A DNA stretch of 64,000 nucleotides from a virus (IMGVR_UViG_2703719303_000002:39354-103353), one strand, 5' to 3'; numbered from the stretch's first letter, positions 19,321 through 29,429 are shown. Numbers and translations: made by a program. The notes: generated by a model from the letters alone, not told the origin.

Positions 19321-20190
19321 TGTGTATTTTAGGTCGAATACTTATTGTGCTAACTGTTATAAGTCATTAATTTAAATTAGCTATGTATACCTGCCTTTTT
19401 CGTTTGTTTACTAAGTCGCCTATAAAAGCTATTTATAAATTATAAGTAATACTGCTATATACTCATATAAGGCTATTTAACACGTGTTTATATTTGATAT
19501 AGAATTGTACTACTATAGTATTAAAAATCAATTATAGACGTTTTAAGCTGAATATATAGTCATAATCTATTTATATATCAATAGTATATTAACCTATAGT
19601 ATATATTATAGTGTATATCATTAGATATAAGATTATCATTAAATTTAAGAACCTATACAATATATAGTACTAATATGTATGTATTATTCAGCCATAAAAA
19701 ATACTATAGTTTTTTTATTCCACTATTAATAAAAACAAGTAAACATTATTTTTTTGAAAAAGTAATCAAACAAAAAAATATATTAACTAATAACAAATAT
19801 TAGTTCATAAAGATTCAACTATAGCTATTTTCTGACTACAACACCCTTTTTTTACAAGAAATTACTTTACATTAGATTAAATATGTATTTAATTCAATGT
19901 TTTTCACTCAAACCCTCTACGCTAAGAATATCAATGTGTTTTAAGAATTATTTATTGTCATGATCGTAGGAAAATAAAGCTATTTGCTGCAAGAATTACT
20001 ACATAGGGGGGTACTTTACGTTTCAACGGGTTTCGGGTTTTCAAAATTTCCCCACCCCTAGTCTCTTCTCTTACTCAGTTAAAATTTAATATTATATACA
20101 GTAATTAAAACGGGAAAAAACTCTAAATCCTTTTACATACTTAATTTTTTATATACTTTTCTAACTTTTTTGTTTTTTTAATACCCTTTC

Positions 20191-20374
20191 ACCGTAAATT
20201 CTAATCCCTCATACCGTAATTTTCCACCGTAATATTTTTGCTAATTTATTTGCTTAATCCAAAAAATCACGCTTTAACCCTTGATACTATTTTGTTTCAC
20301 CGTAATTTAATTTTAATATATTCATTGAAAAAACATTTCCTAATAGCTTGCTATATCTAACTTCCTCCGTAATT
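20191..20374 (+). repeat. Five copies of (A/T)CCGTAA(T)
   Basis: Copies at 20191, 20213, 20226, 20299, 20366. Confidence 0.75.
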
Positions 20375-20425
20375 CAAATTAATGATATTAATTTTGATAT
20401 CTTAAATCTTTTAAATTGTATTTAT

Positions 20426-20454
20426 TTGACTTGTAACACTTAGTATGATAACAT
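20426..20454 (+). promoter_or_regulatory. Rightward sigmaA promoter TTGACT-17-TAACAT (TGn-extended) with the 18-bp box at 20429-20446
   Basis: ttgact tgtaacacttagtatga taacat. Confidence 0.75.
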
Positions 20455-20481
20455 GATAGAAAAAATAAAGGAGATGATTAT

Positions 20482-21468
20482 ACGAATATATCTAATTTAT
20501 ATGAAGGTCAACAACTAAAATCTTATAAAGCCCTTTGTAATACTATAGATGAAAAAATAAAGAGTGGTTGTAGTAAAAAAGCTCAATTGAAGCAATTAGA
20601 ATCTCTATGTTCTTATCATAAAGATGGGAACTCTTTTATTATTGATAAAATTTATTGTCATAAAAAAAGTCTATCTGATAATAGACACAATGGTAATAAT
20701 TCTGTTTATAATGATAAACTACAATTGTTAATAACTTGTTTACTTGCTGGAACTGATGATGGAACTTTGCTGATTCCTATTAGTAAGCTGTTACAACAAC
20801 TTAAAATGATAAATAAAGATTATATATATTTTAAAAATGCAAAAAAAGAATTATCAAAAGAAATGAAAATAAATCAAGCATATATCGAAGATTTTTATAA
20901 ATATAGTTATCAAATGCTAAAAAATGCTTTAAATAAATCTTTAGAATCTTTAGAAAAACGTAAACTTATCTTCTACTCTAAAGAAATACTTATATGTTAT
21001 CTTGATGAAAACAATACATGTAAATATAGGTTAGCAACTGATATTGAAATTAAAGAAATATTAAGTGCAGAAAAAAACACTTTAGAAGAAATGAATTGTA
21101 AATCTGTTTTAGATGTATTCTTAAAAAAACAAATAGGAATATTTAATTTAAAAGTAATAAATAAGCTAAAATTCGATCTTGAAAATACAGAATACTATTT
21201 TTCTATATACAAAATAATTAGTAATAAACATCATATAATACAAGCCTTAGAAGAAGATAAACGAGAAGAAGTTGAGAAAAGTCTAAATTTAATAATTCAA
21301 GAAAGAATAGAAAAAAACACTAAGGTTAGACGTAACAAGATTTTAAAACAGAGAAATAATGAATGGGGAACTCAAATTTTGCCCATCTACCAAGAAATAA
21401 AAGAATCTGAAGAGTATATTGAAAATACTATAAAGTTAATACAAAAGCTTATAAAGCTTAATAAATAA
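20482..21468 (+). CDS. Putative DNA-binding/replication-initiator-like phage protein; apparent ACG start
   Basis: Frame open from ACG 8 nt after AAGGAG; N-terminus NISNLYEGQQLKSYKALC...KSGCSKKAQLKQL looks like coding sequence; function inferred from position. Confidence 0.7.
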   Translation, partial: TNISNLYEGQQLKSYKALCNTIDEKIKSGCSKKAQLKQLESLCSYHKDGNSFIIDKIYCHKKSLSDNRHNGNNSVYNDKLQLLITCLLAGTDDGTLLIPISKLLQQLKMINKDYIYFKNAKKELSKEMKINQAYIEDFYKYSYQMLKNALNKSLESLEKRKLIFYSKEILICYLDENNTCKYRLATDIEIKEILSAEKNTLEEMNCKSVLDVFLKKQIGIFNLKVINKLKFDLENTEYYFSIYKIISNKHHIIQALEEDKREEVEKSLNLIIQERIEKNTKVRRNKILKQRNNEWGTQILPIYQEIKESEEYIENTIKLIQKLIKLNK

Positions 21469-21629
21469 TAAAGAATATGAATTTTATTAATTATCTTAAA
21501 TAATTAACTTTTATTCTTTTTTCTTTGAACCATCTCTTTGTATTTCCAGCAAAGCTGATAAATCCAAAGACCTTCGCCAAAGAAAAAGAACCAAAAAAGA
21601 AAGCTCCTTATATTGTTTTCTTTTATATT

Positions 21630-21751
21630 AAATAAAAGTTGGCTATTTAAAGATACCTATAATAAATAAATATATATTATATAAATATAGATATTTTTAA
21701 ATAGCCAACTTTTATTTTTTAGAATACTATTAGCTGATTTTAAATAGCCAA
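21630..21751. repeat. 22-bp perfect inverted repeat around a 44-bp AT-rich spacer, plus a third partial copy
   Basis: AAATAAAAGTTGGCTATTTAAA 21630-21651 / 21696-21717; TTTTAAATAGCCAA 21738-21751. Confidence 0.85.
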
Positions 21752-21767
21752 GAAAGGATATGATATT

Positions 21768-23948
21768 TTGAATAATGATAAGCAGCATTATACTTTTACG
21801 ATAATACCTATTAGGAAATTATTCTACAATGATGCAAACAATTTTGGTATATATACATGTACCATAGAAGACAAACAGGATGTTTTTAATCCTAAAAATA
21901 CCGTTATAAGCGGTACTATGCCATCTTTAGAATTAGGCAAAGCTTATAAAGTTATGGGGTTTGAATTTATTCATAAAAAATATGGACAGCAATTACAGAT
22001 AGAAAATGTTGAAATTAAAAAATTAAACTCTTCAGCAGATGAAAGGAATTTTTTAAAGAATATAGTTACTCTAAATCAATATCAAGAGATTATAAAAATT
22101 TATAAGTCTCCTATAACTGCTATAACTTCTGGAACTTTTAATATAAGTAAAGTGAAAGGTATTAAAGAAAAATATTTTGAAGTTTTAAAGAAAAAAATAA
22201 TAAAAAATTTAGAATACATGAATTTTTATTCTGAATTTACAAAAATAGGTTTTAATTTTAATCAAATGAAAAAAATTATAGATTTTTATAAGGGCGGAGA
22301 ATTATCTTTACAAATAATTAATAAGAATCCTTACAAGTTGTATATGGATATAAAAGGCTTTGGATTTAAAACTGTAGATAGTATAGCTTTAAGTATGGGT
22401 ATTGAACCTGATAGTAATTTTCGAACTAAAGCAGCTATATTATATTGTTTAGAACAGAAAGAGCAGAATGGCGACACTTATGCTTTTATAGAAGATATTC
22501 ATCAGCAAGTTGAAAAGCTACTTAATATTAAAATAAATGATATAAAAAACTATTTGGATAAAGAATATTATTATTTTGATGTTTTAAGATTAGCAAAAAG
22601 AACAACTTGGGAAACAGAAAAGGACATTTCAGTAAGATTAAAAGAAAAAATAAATAATTCGCAAAAACTTTTTACGAATAATGTTATACATTTGATTCCT
22701 GAAATAGAACGAATTTTAAGAATAAAGTATGATGATAAGCAAAAAGAACTTTTTTATAAAATAAATGAAAATAATATATTAGTATTAACTGGGTTTGCTG
22801 GTACAGGAAAATCTAGTGTATTAAATGGATTACTAAATTTATTTGATAAAAAAAATATAACATATAAGCTAATGAGTCCAACTGCAAAGGCAGCAAAAAG
22901 AATGGAAGAATGCACAGGTAAAAAAGCTAGTACAATTCATAGAGCATTAGGTTTAGCAGAAGGAAAATTTTTAGTAAATGAAAAAAATCCCTTTGCCGAA
23001 GATGTGATTATAATAGATGAGACAAGTATGGTTGACATATATTTATTCTTAGCGGTTTTAAAAGGTATAAAGAATACAACAAAACTTTTATGTTTAGGCG
23101 ATTATGGACAATTAGAAAGCATATCAGCAGGAAATGTATTATTTGACATGATTCAAGGAGGAATTCCATGTGTAAAATTAGAAAAAATTTTTAGACAAAA
23201 GGAGGATAGTTCTTTATTAAATGTAATTACAAATATAAGGAATGGAGATAATCCTTTAAAAAATACTCACAAAACTTATTTAGAATTAGGACGAGACTGT
23301 AAATTTTGGTTGGGTAAAAAAGAACAAACTTTATCAAGAGTTTTACTTTGCTATAAAGAATGTTTAAAACATTTTTCAAGGGAGGATATAATGGTTTTAT
23401 GTCCAATGAAAAAAGGAAATTCAGGTGTAAATAAATTAAATCAAGAACTACAAAAAATAGCAAATTCTCAAAATACTGAGGAACTAAAATTAAAAGATTG
23501 TGCATACAAAAAAGAAGACTTGGTTATGCATATAAAAAATGATTATAATGCAAATATATTTAGTGAAGATTGCAAAGATACAATAGCTAAAGGTATTTTT
23601 AATGGGGATGCTGGTAAAATAGAAAAAATAGATTTAGAAAACCAAAAATTATACGTGTCTTATGATTCAGGTATTGTAGAATATGATAATTCTAATCTAA
23701 ATGAATTAATGTTATCTTACGCATTGACTATTCACAAAGTACAAGGATCTCAATCTAAAGTTGTAATAGTAGCCTTAGATATGTCTCATTATAAAATGTT
23801 AAAAAGAAGTCTATTATATACCGCTGCTTCAAGATGTGTAGAATTATTAATTTTTATATGTGATCCAAAAGCATTTAGTATTGCACTAAATAATAATCAA
23901 GTTACACACAAAAACACTTTTTTAGGAGAACTTTTGAAAATAAGTTGA
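21768..23948 (+). CDS. RecD2-like SF1B helicase
   Basis: HhH motifs (GFGFKTVDSIA), GFAGTGKS, IIDETSM, GDYGQL, YALTIHKVQGSQ, LYTAASR. Confidence 0.92.
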   Translation: MNNDKQHYTFTIIPIRKLFYNDANNFGIYTCTIEDKQDVFNPKNTVISGTMPSLELGKAYKVMGFEFIHKKYGQQLQIENVEIKKLNSSADERNFLKNIVTLNQYQEIIKIYKSPITAITSGTFNISKVKGIKEKYFEVLKKKIIKNLEYMNFYSEFTKIGFNFNQMKKIIDFYKGGELSLQIINKNPYKLYMDIKGFGFKTVDSIALSMGIEPDSNFRTKAAILYCLEQKEQNGDTYAFIEDIHQQVEKLLNIKINDIKNYLDKEYYYFDVLRLAKRTTWETEKDISVRLKEKINNSQKLFTNNVIHLIPEIERILRIKYDDKQKELFYKINENNILVLTGFAGTGKSSVLNGLLNLFDKKNITYKLMSPTAKAAKRMEECTGKKASTIHRALGLAEGKFLVNEKNPFAEDVIIIDETSMVDIYLFLAVLKGIKNTTKLLCLGDYGQLESISAGNVLFDMIQGGIPCVKLEKIFRQKEDSSLLNVITNIRNGDNPLKNTHKTYLELGRDCKFWLGKKEQTLSRVLLCYKECLKHFSREDIMVLCPMKKGNSGVNKLNQELQKIANSQNTEELKLKDCAYKKEDLVMHIKNDYNANIFSEDCKDTIAKGIFNGDAGKIEKIDLENQKLYVSYDSGIVEYDNSNLNELMLSYALTIHKVQGSQSKVVIVALDMSHYKMLKRSLLYTAASRCVELLIFICDPKAFSIALNNNQVTHKNTFLGELLKIS

Positions 23949-23951
23949 TTA

Positions 23952-23980
23952 TTGACTTATTGCAGTTAGTATGTTATTAT
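23952..23980 (+). promoter_or_regulatory. sigmaA promoter TTGACT-17-TATTAT (TGn-extended) with the 18-bp box at 23955-23972
   Basis: ttgact tattgcagttagtatgt tattat. Confidence 0.75.
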
Positions 23981-24010
23981 ATATATAATATTAGAAAGAA
24001 AGGATTAAAG

Positions 24011-25840
24011 ATGGAGATAAATAAGCAGCAAAAAGAAGTTATAAACCTTAACGAAGGTATTTATTGTGTTAGCGCTGGCGCTGGAAGTGGAAAAACTTTT
24101 TCGTTAGTTCAACATATAATTCATTTAGTAAATGATTTGAATATTCCACAAAGTGATATTCTGCTAATTTCTTTTACAAGAGCAGCAGTTAATAATCTAA
24201 AAAAAAAGTTAGAAGAAAATTTTATTTATGACGTTTCCGTTCATACTTTTCACAGCCTATCAGCTAAGATACTTAGCGAATATGGGTTGAATGTTTCAAA
24301 AACATTACCAGTTTGGAAGATTCAAAAAGAATTTGAGAAAATAAATTCTAATGTTGAGACAGAAAAAATTTTATCGTGGATTGGTTTTCAAAAAAATCAT
24401 GGAAAAACCCCAAAAGATAAATTTTATCCGATAGAAACAGATTATACAGAAACTGAGCTTAGAGCTATGTTTAAACTTTATGAAAATTTAAAAGAAAAAG
24501 AAAACTGTTATGACTTTGAAGATTGGATTATTTTAGCTTTAGAAAAGTTAAAAAAGCATCCCCGTAAATGGAAATATGTAATGGCTGACGAAGTTCAAGA
24601 TAGTAATGATTTAAATATAGAGATGATCAAACTAATTTCCAAGAATCTTATTTGTGTTGGTGATGTTAGACAAGCGATATATAGTTTTCGTGGAAGCAGT
24701 CCTCAATTCTTTTTAAATTTTGATAAAGAATTTAATGGGGCAAAAATACTTCATTTAGATATTAATTATCGTTCTAAAAAAAACATTGTAGACAAAAGTA
24801 ATAAATTCATAAAACCGTATTTTAAAGATTATAAATATTATTCAGATAGCATAGCAAACTTTAAAGATAATGGAGAAATAAAATATTTTTCTTTTGTGAA
24901 TAAGTTAGAGGAATCTGAAAAGATATCTAATTTAATAAAAGAAAAGATAACAAAAGGTGAAGATCCTAACAATATCGCTGTTCTCTATCGGTTAAATGAT
25001 GACTCAAGTTATTTAGAATGTGTTTTAAGAAGAGATAAAATACCTTATTATATTGAGAATGATTCTAGTTTTTTTAAAAGAAAAGAAATAGCTGGAATTA
25101 TGGGATATTTACGATTAATTCAGAATTCAAAAGATGATGGAGCTTTTTTAGATGTCTGGAATCTAAGAAATATTCCATTAAAATATATGTCAGGTACAAT
25201 TTTATCAGATATAAGGAAGCAATCAGTAAAAGAAAATAAAAGTTATTTTGAGATTTTTAAAAAAATGGATTTTAATAAAATGTTTCAAATAAGATCAAGA
25301 AATGATTTTATAAAAAGCATTGAGAAATTAAAACATAAGAATAAAGTATCTATAAAGCAATTAATAGATGATATAGTAAAAGAATTTAATTTATATCAAT
25401 GGATAAAAGAAAAATATCCCAATAAAGATGAGCAAGAAGAAAGAAAAGGTTCAATAGACGTTTTGAAATCTTTCATTGTAAATGATGATTTGCAATTTTT
25501 TATAGATTTTGTACAAACATCAAATATGAATATTAAGAAAAAAGATAAAGATGGAGTAAAGCTTATGAGTATCCATAGATCCAAAGGACTTGAATGGAAA
25601 AGTGTTTTTGTTATTGGAATACAAGATACTAGGTTTCCCAATGCAAGAAATGGCTTGAATGAAGAAGCCAGATTGTTCTATGTTGCTACTACTAGAGCAA
25701 TTGAGAATCTTTATTTAAGTGAAATTGGCAGAAATAATTCTTTTATATGTCAGTATAGAGATGGTGTAGGCTTACAAAGTAGGGCTGTAGATAAAAAACA
25801 ATTTAAGAAAGAATTATCTTCTACCACTTATGGCAATTAG
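24011..25840 (+). CDS. UvrD/PcrA-like SF1A helicase
   Basis: AGAGSGKT, DEVQD, GDVRQAIYSFRG, NYRS, SIHRSKGLEW, EEARLFYVATTRA. Confidence 0.93.
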   Translation: MEINKQQKEVINLNEGIYCVSAGAGSGKTFSLVQHIIHLVNDLNIPQSDILLISFTRAAVNNLKKKLEENFIYDVSVHTFHSLSAKILSEYGLNVSKTLPVWKIQKEFEKINSNVETEKILSWIGFQKNHGKTPKDKFYPIETDYTETELRAMFKLYENLKEKENCYDFEDWIILALEKLKKHPRKWKYVMADEVQDSNDLNIEMIKLISKNLICVGDVRQAIYSFRGSSPQFFLNFDKEFNGAKILHLDINYRSKKNIVDKSNKFIKPYFKDYKYYSDSIANFKDNGEIKYFSFVNKLEESEKISNLIKEKITKGEDPNNIAVLYRLNDDSSYLECVLRRDKIPYYIENDSSFFKRKEIAGIMGYLRLIQNSKDDGAFLDVWNLRNIPLKYMSGTILSDIRKQSVKENKSYFEIFKKMDFNKMFQIRSRNDFIKSIEKLKHKNKVSIKQLIDDIVKEFNLYQWIKEKYPNKDEQEERKGSIDVLKSFIVNDDLQFFIDFVQTSNMNIKKKDKDGVKLMSIHRSKGLEWKSVFVIGIQDTRFPNARNGLNEEARLFYVATTRAIENLYLSEIGRNNSFICQYRDGVGLQSRAVDKKQFKKELSSTTYGN

Positions 25841-25868
25841 TATATAGAAAATATTAGGAGGATTTTAA

Positions 25869-26171
25869 ATGATTTTAGAGTTTGGAAAAGATTATAGAAT
25901 ACGAACAGATGAAAGAAATTTTATTCTACAAAAAAGAGGTGGAAAACCTTCAAAAGCAACACCTGACTACAATATTATAAATCGAAATGAACGCTGGATA
26001 GATTGCTTGTATTTTGGTAAGTTGAAATACGCAATAGATCAGATATCTACTGAGATATTAAAAGAGAATACTAACATAAAGATTATATTAAACAAATTAG
26101 ATGAAGTAAAGAATATCACATGCAAATTCATAAAAGAAATGGAGTCCAGAGGTGAGAAAGTTGAAATGTAA
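25869..26171 (+). CDS. Hypothetical phage protein (DUF5405-like)
   Basis: AGGAGG RBS; YRIRTDERNFILQK...W...YFGKL; family call weak. Confidence 0.7.
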   Translation: MILEFGKDYRIRTDERNFILQKRGGKPSKATPDYNIINRNERWIDCLYFGKLKYAIDQISTEILKENTNIKIILNKLDEVKNITCKFIKEMESRGEKVEM

Positions 26172-26376
26172 TTGTTCTAATTGTGTTTATGCTGGTAGCA
26201 TATTAAATGATGGGGATCAGCAATGCCTAAGACGAACTCCAAAACTTATTATAATAGAAAAAAAGAATATTTACAAAGAGTGTCCCTGTCACCATTTAAG
26301 AGAAACTGAACATTCTGATGATGGATTATTTACACCATCTTTAGAGACGAGACTTATGTTACGACTATTTAAATAA
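26152..26376 (+). CDS. Small Cys-rich protein
   Basis: CxCxxC...C...CPC; GAGGTG RBS suggests TTG 26161. Confidence 0.65.
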   Translation: MRKLKCNCSNCVYAGSILNDGDQQCLRRTPKLIIIEKKNIYKECPCHHLRETEHSDDGLFTPSLETRLMLRLFK

Positions 26377-26418
26377 TTTTGGATAAATGACTTGTATCAT
26401 TATGTATGGAGGGATTTA

Positions 26419-28854
26419 ATGAAAAATATGTTTGATGTAACTAAAGGTTGTTATATAAACTCCCTCCAAGCTTCTTTAGTCATGAATCATATGGAGTTTG
26501 GAAAGGATATATATACAAAAAAATATCTAGCTTCTCTTGATTATAGTCTAGAACTTATATATCTATACAACATATATAATAAATCGGTAAAGATACTAGA
26601 TAGGCAAGTTTCTGATGTTATTATAGATATAAAGTTTTCTAGGAATCAAAAGGATAGTAATAATAATGTCATTAGAAATAAACGACAGCTAAGAAAAGAA
26701 TTGTATGAAAATGGTTTCGTTCTTAATGGAGTAAAGTATATACGGTATAAAAGAACTACTGCAAAATCTCGAAAAGGACATTGTTTATTTATTATAGAAA
26801 AATTATATAAAAAAATGATAAATTGGAGTAGATTAAATTTACATTTTGAAGAAAATGAAATACTTGATTTGCCTTCCCTTTTTGCATATGAAAGTTTACC
26901 ACTGTCTTCAATTGAAGACATTATAGAAATTGATCCTGAGTCAATTTTGATAATAGATGATATTGAAAGTAAATTTTTCAAAAGATGTAGTGTTACAAGA
27001 TTAAATAAAGAAACTGGCTTATTACAAGCAAAAGATGAAGAAATTGAATTATTTAATAACCTGTTTGATGGACAAAGTTTAGTAGATAAGTCTATTTTTG
27101 AAAAGGCTGTTAGAAAAGATAAAGGAATGATGTTACTTAGAAAACAAATGTTTAAATCTTGTGGTTTCAATACAAACATACAGGAATTCTTTGAAGATAA
27201 TAATATTCTTTTAGTTAAAGATATGTTTGGTGTAGAACATTTAGCAAAAGATATAAAAATGATTATAACTCCATCTTCTTTAAAATTTCTTAAATTTTCA
27301 TATAAATTCTCTTCAAAAAGAGAATGCTTTGAATATTGGAAAAAACATATTTCTAATGTCTTCGGTATTGTAAAATCAGAACATAAAAGTAAATATAATA
27401 ATGGCAAAAATAAATTAGCCTACCAACATATTAACAGCTTACCTCTTAATTTCAATGATGTTCAAAATTTAGCACAAGATGAAATAAATTATGTAAAAAA
27501 ATTAAGAAATGACATTTCTGAATTCAAGAAATATTGTGGATGTTGCGAAGATAGCGGATTATTTATATGTGCTGCTCTTTCAGTAAATGATAATTTCCAA
27601 TATACAAAATTATTTAAAGATTATAGGAAATATCTAGTAAAAAATTATATAAATAATAACCTAAGATTGGGAAAAATCAAGATACAAAAAGCTGATTATT
27701 GTACAATAGTTGGAAATCCTTATGAAATGCTACAAGCAACAATAGGTAAATATAATCCAAAGAAATGTATCTTTTCTGATGGGGAAGTTTATACACCATT
27801 ATTTAAAGATAGCGAAGAAATTGTTGGTTTTAGAAATCCTCATGTTTGTTCAGGGAATGTTTTATTGGTAAAGAATAAATATGATTGGAGATTAAATAAA
27901 TATTTTAATTTCACAGAAAATATTGTTGCAGTAAATTTAATAGACTTCCCTTTGCAGGATACCCTGCAAGGATCAGATCAAGATTCTGATACGGTATTAC
28001 TAACCAATAATAAGATAATATTGAATTCAGCAAAAAAATGTTTTGGAAAGTATAATATACCAGTAAATAGAGTTGAAGCAAAAAAAAAGACAAGAAAATA
28101 TATTGTTGAAGATATTGTAGATGTAGATTGCACAATATCAGAAAATCTAATTGGACAAATAATTAATTTAAGTCAATTTTTAAATTCTTTATACTGGCAT
28201 AATAAATTTAATGGTATAAACATAAAAATGCAACAACACATTTATAATTCGATTTCTATTTTGTCTAGCATGAGCCAGATTGAAATTGACAAAGCAAAAA
28301 AATTATATGATGTTGACATGAAAAAAATGCTAAAACATATATACACTCAAAAATTTCTTATAAAAGACAAGGATACTCAAAAAATAATACGCCCTGCTTT
28401 TTTTAAATATGCTGGTCAATCTAAATCTAGTAATTTTAAATTTATGGATACCCCAATGGATTATTTAAATAAATTAATAAACGATATTCCTCGTGGAAAA
28501 CATACAAAGCTAATAAAGATAGAGGATATCTGTTGTAAAAGTATAAAAACAAGGGGGTATGCAAATACACAAATAAATTCCATAAAAAAGATTTTTGAAA
28601 AAGCTCAAAAACAAATAAATGGTGCGAGAATGAATTGTGAGAATGATAAAGAAAGTGAAAGAAAAACCAAAAATATAATAAGGTGGGTAAAAGCTGGATT
28701 AATAGAAAAAATGTCAAATAAAAATATAACTTTACCAACAATGAGAGTTATATTATTCAATTTAGATGATTTTAAAAATTACAAAATGCTTTTACTAGGT
28801 ACTTTGTTTGTAACTCATAAAAAAGTATTGCTAGAATGTCTAAAAAATGCATAA
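26419..28854 (+). CDS. yonO: YonO-like single-subunit (two-barrel, RdRP-related) DNA-dependent RNA polymerase
   Basis: RKELYENGF, YKRTTAKSRKGHCLF, DGQSL, PSSLKFLKF, FRNPH, catalytic GSDQDSD, IEIDKAKK; lies upstream of late genes as in SPbeta. Confidence 0.85.
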   Translation: MKNMFDVTKGCYINSLQASLVMNHMEFGKDIYTKKYLASLDYSLELIYLYNIYNKSVKILDRQVSDVIIDIKFSRNQKDSNNNVIRNKRQLRKELYENGFVLNGVKYIRYKRTTAKSRKGHCLFIIEKLYKKMINWSRLNLHFEENEILDLPSLFAYESLPLSSIEDIIEIDPESILIIDDIESKFFKRCSVTRLNKETGLLQAKDEEIELFNNLFDGQSLVDKSIFEKAVRKDKGMMLLRKQMFKSCGFNTNIQEFFEDNNILLVKDMFGVEHLAKDIKMIITPSSLKFLKFSYKFSSKRECFEYWKKHISNVFGIVKSEHKSKYNNGKNKLAYQHINSLPLNFNDVQNLAQDEINYVKKLRNDISEFKKYCGCCEDSGLFICAALSVNDNFQYTKLFKDYRKYLVKNYINNNLRLGKIKIQKADYCTIVGNPYEMLQATIGKYNPKKCIFSDGEVYTPLFKDSEEIVGFRNPHVCSGNVLLVKNKYDWRLNKYFNFTENIVAVNLIDFPLQDTLQGSDQDSDTVLLTNNKIILNSAKKCFGKYNIPVNRVEAKKKTRKYIVEDIVDVDCTISENLIGQIINLSQFLNSLYWHNKFNGINIKMQQHIYNSISILSSMSQIEIDKAKKLYDVDMKKMLKHIYTQKFLIKDKDTQKIIRPAFFKYAGQSKSSNFKFMDTPMDYLNKLINDIPRGKHTKLIKIEDICCKSIKTRGYANTQINSIKKIFEKAQKQINGARMNCENDKESERKTKNIIRWVKAGLIEKMSNKNITLPTMRVILFNLDDFKNYKMLLLGTLFVTHKKVLLECLKNA

Positions 28855-28919
28855 AATCATTGTAATTTTTTTTGAACACCGCATGAATAAAGGGATAAAG
28901 CTATGTTGAAAAGTGGTAT

Positions 28920-29160
28920 TATGGTAGAGATAAAGATAATTCTCTACCTGAGAGTGATTTGGAATAGATCATTTAAAAGGGGGTTTGGTCAGCCTACTGG
29001 ACATTGTAGACCAAGAAACGTGAGAGTTACTATATTGAATTTTAACTCAATAAAAGTTTCGTTTGTTCTGAAAGGGGAACGCTTAAAAAACCTTAATTTT
29101 ATTAAAATACAATAGGTCAGGAATTGCTTTTATGTTTTTTAAAGCTATTTCTCCTATTGA
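28920..29160 (+). ncRNA. Candidate structured ncRNA or late-operon leader
   Basis: Seven helices, several with G-U pairs that favour the + strand (see findings). Confidence 0.6.
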
Positions 29161-29227
29161 ATATTTTTCGACTTACGACAATTAGTATATAATATATACA
29201 TAAGTTTATTTTGGGAGGTTTTATTTT

Positions 29228-29416
29228 ATGGTAAAAAGCGAAAGAACAACAGATTTCAAAATAGAAGGCAAAGGTGAATTGACTATAACTGATACAGGTT
29301 TTGATTTTAAAGATGATAAAGGGACAAAAAATATTTCTTTCTCTAAATTAAGAGATATGTTTTCTGGTAAGAATGTTTCTTTTGTATTTAAACAACAAAG
29401 GAAAGAAACGCTTTAA
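29228..29416 (+). CDS. yonK: YonK-like protein
   Basis: 62 aa; FSGKNVSFVFKQ resembles the YonK C-terminus; syntenic. Confidence 0.7.
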   Translation: MVKSERTTDFKIEGKGELTITDTGFDFKDDKGTKNISFSKLRDMFSGKNVSFVFKQQRKETL

Positions 29417-29429
29417 TTAATAAAGAGAG

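Noticed and set aside
18100-20480. CRISPR array or mini-array in the long non-coding region
   Set aside because: No regularly spaced 25-40-bp repeats with unique spacers; no cas genes
28903-29115. 70-aa ORF after yonO
   Set aside because: Coincides with the dense RNA helices and has an atypical composition; better explained as ncRNA, though not excluded
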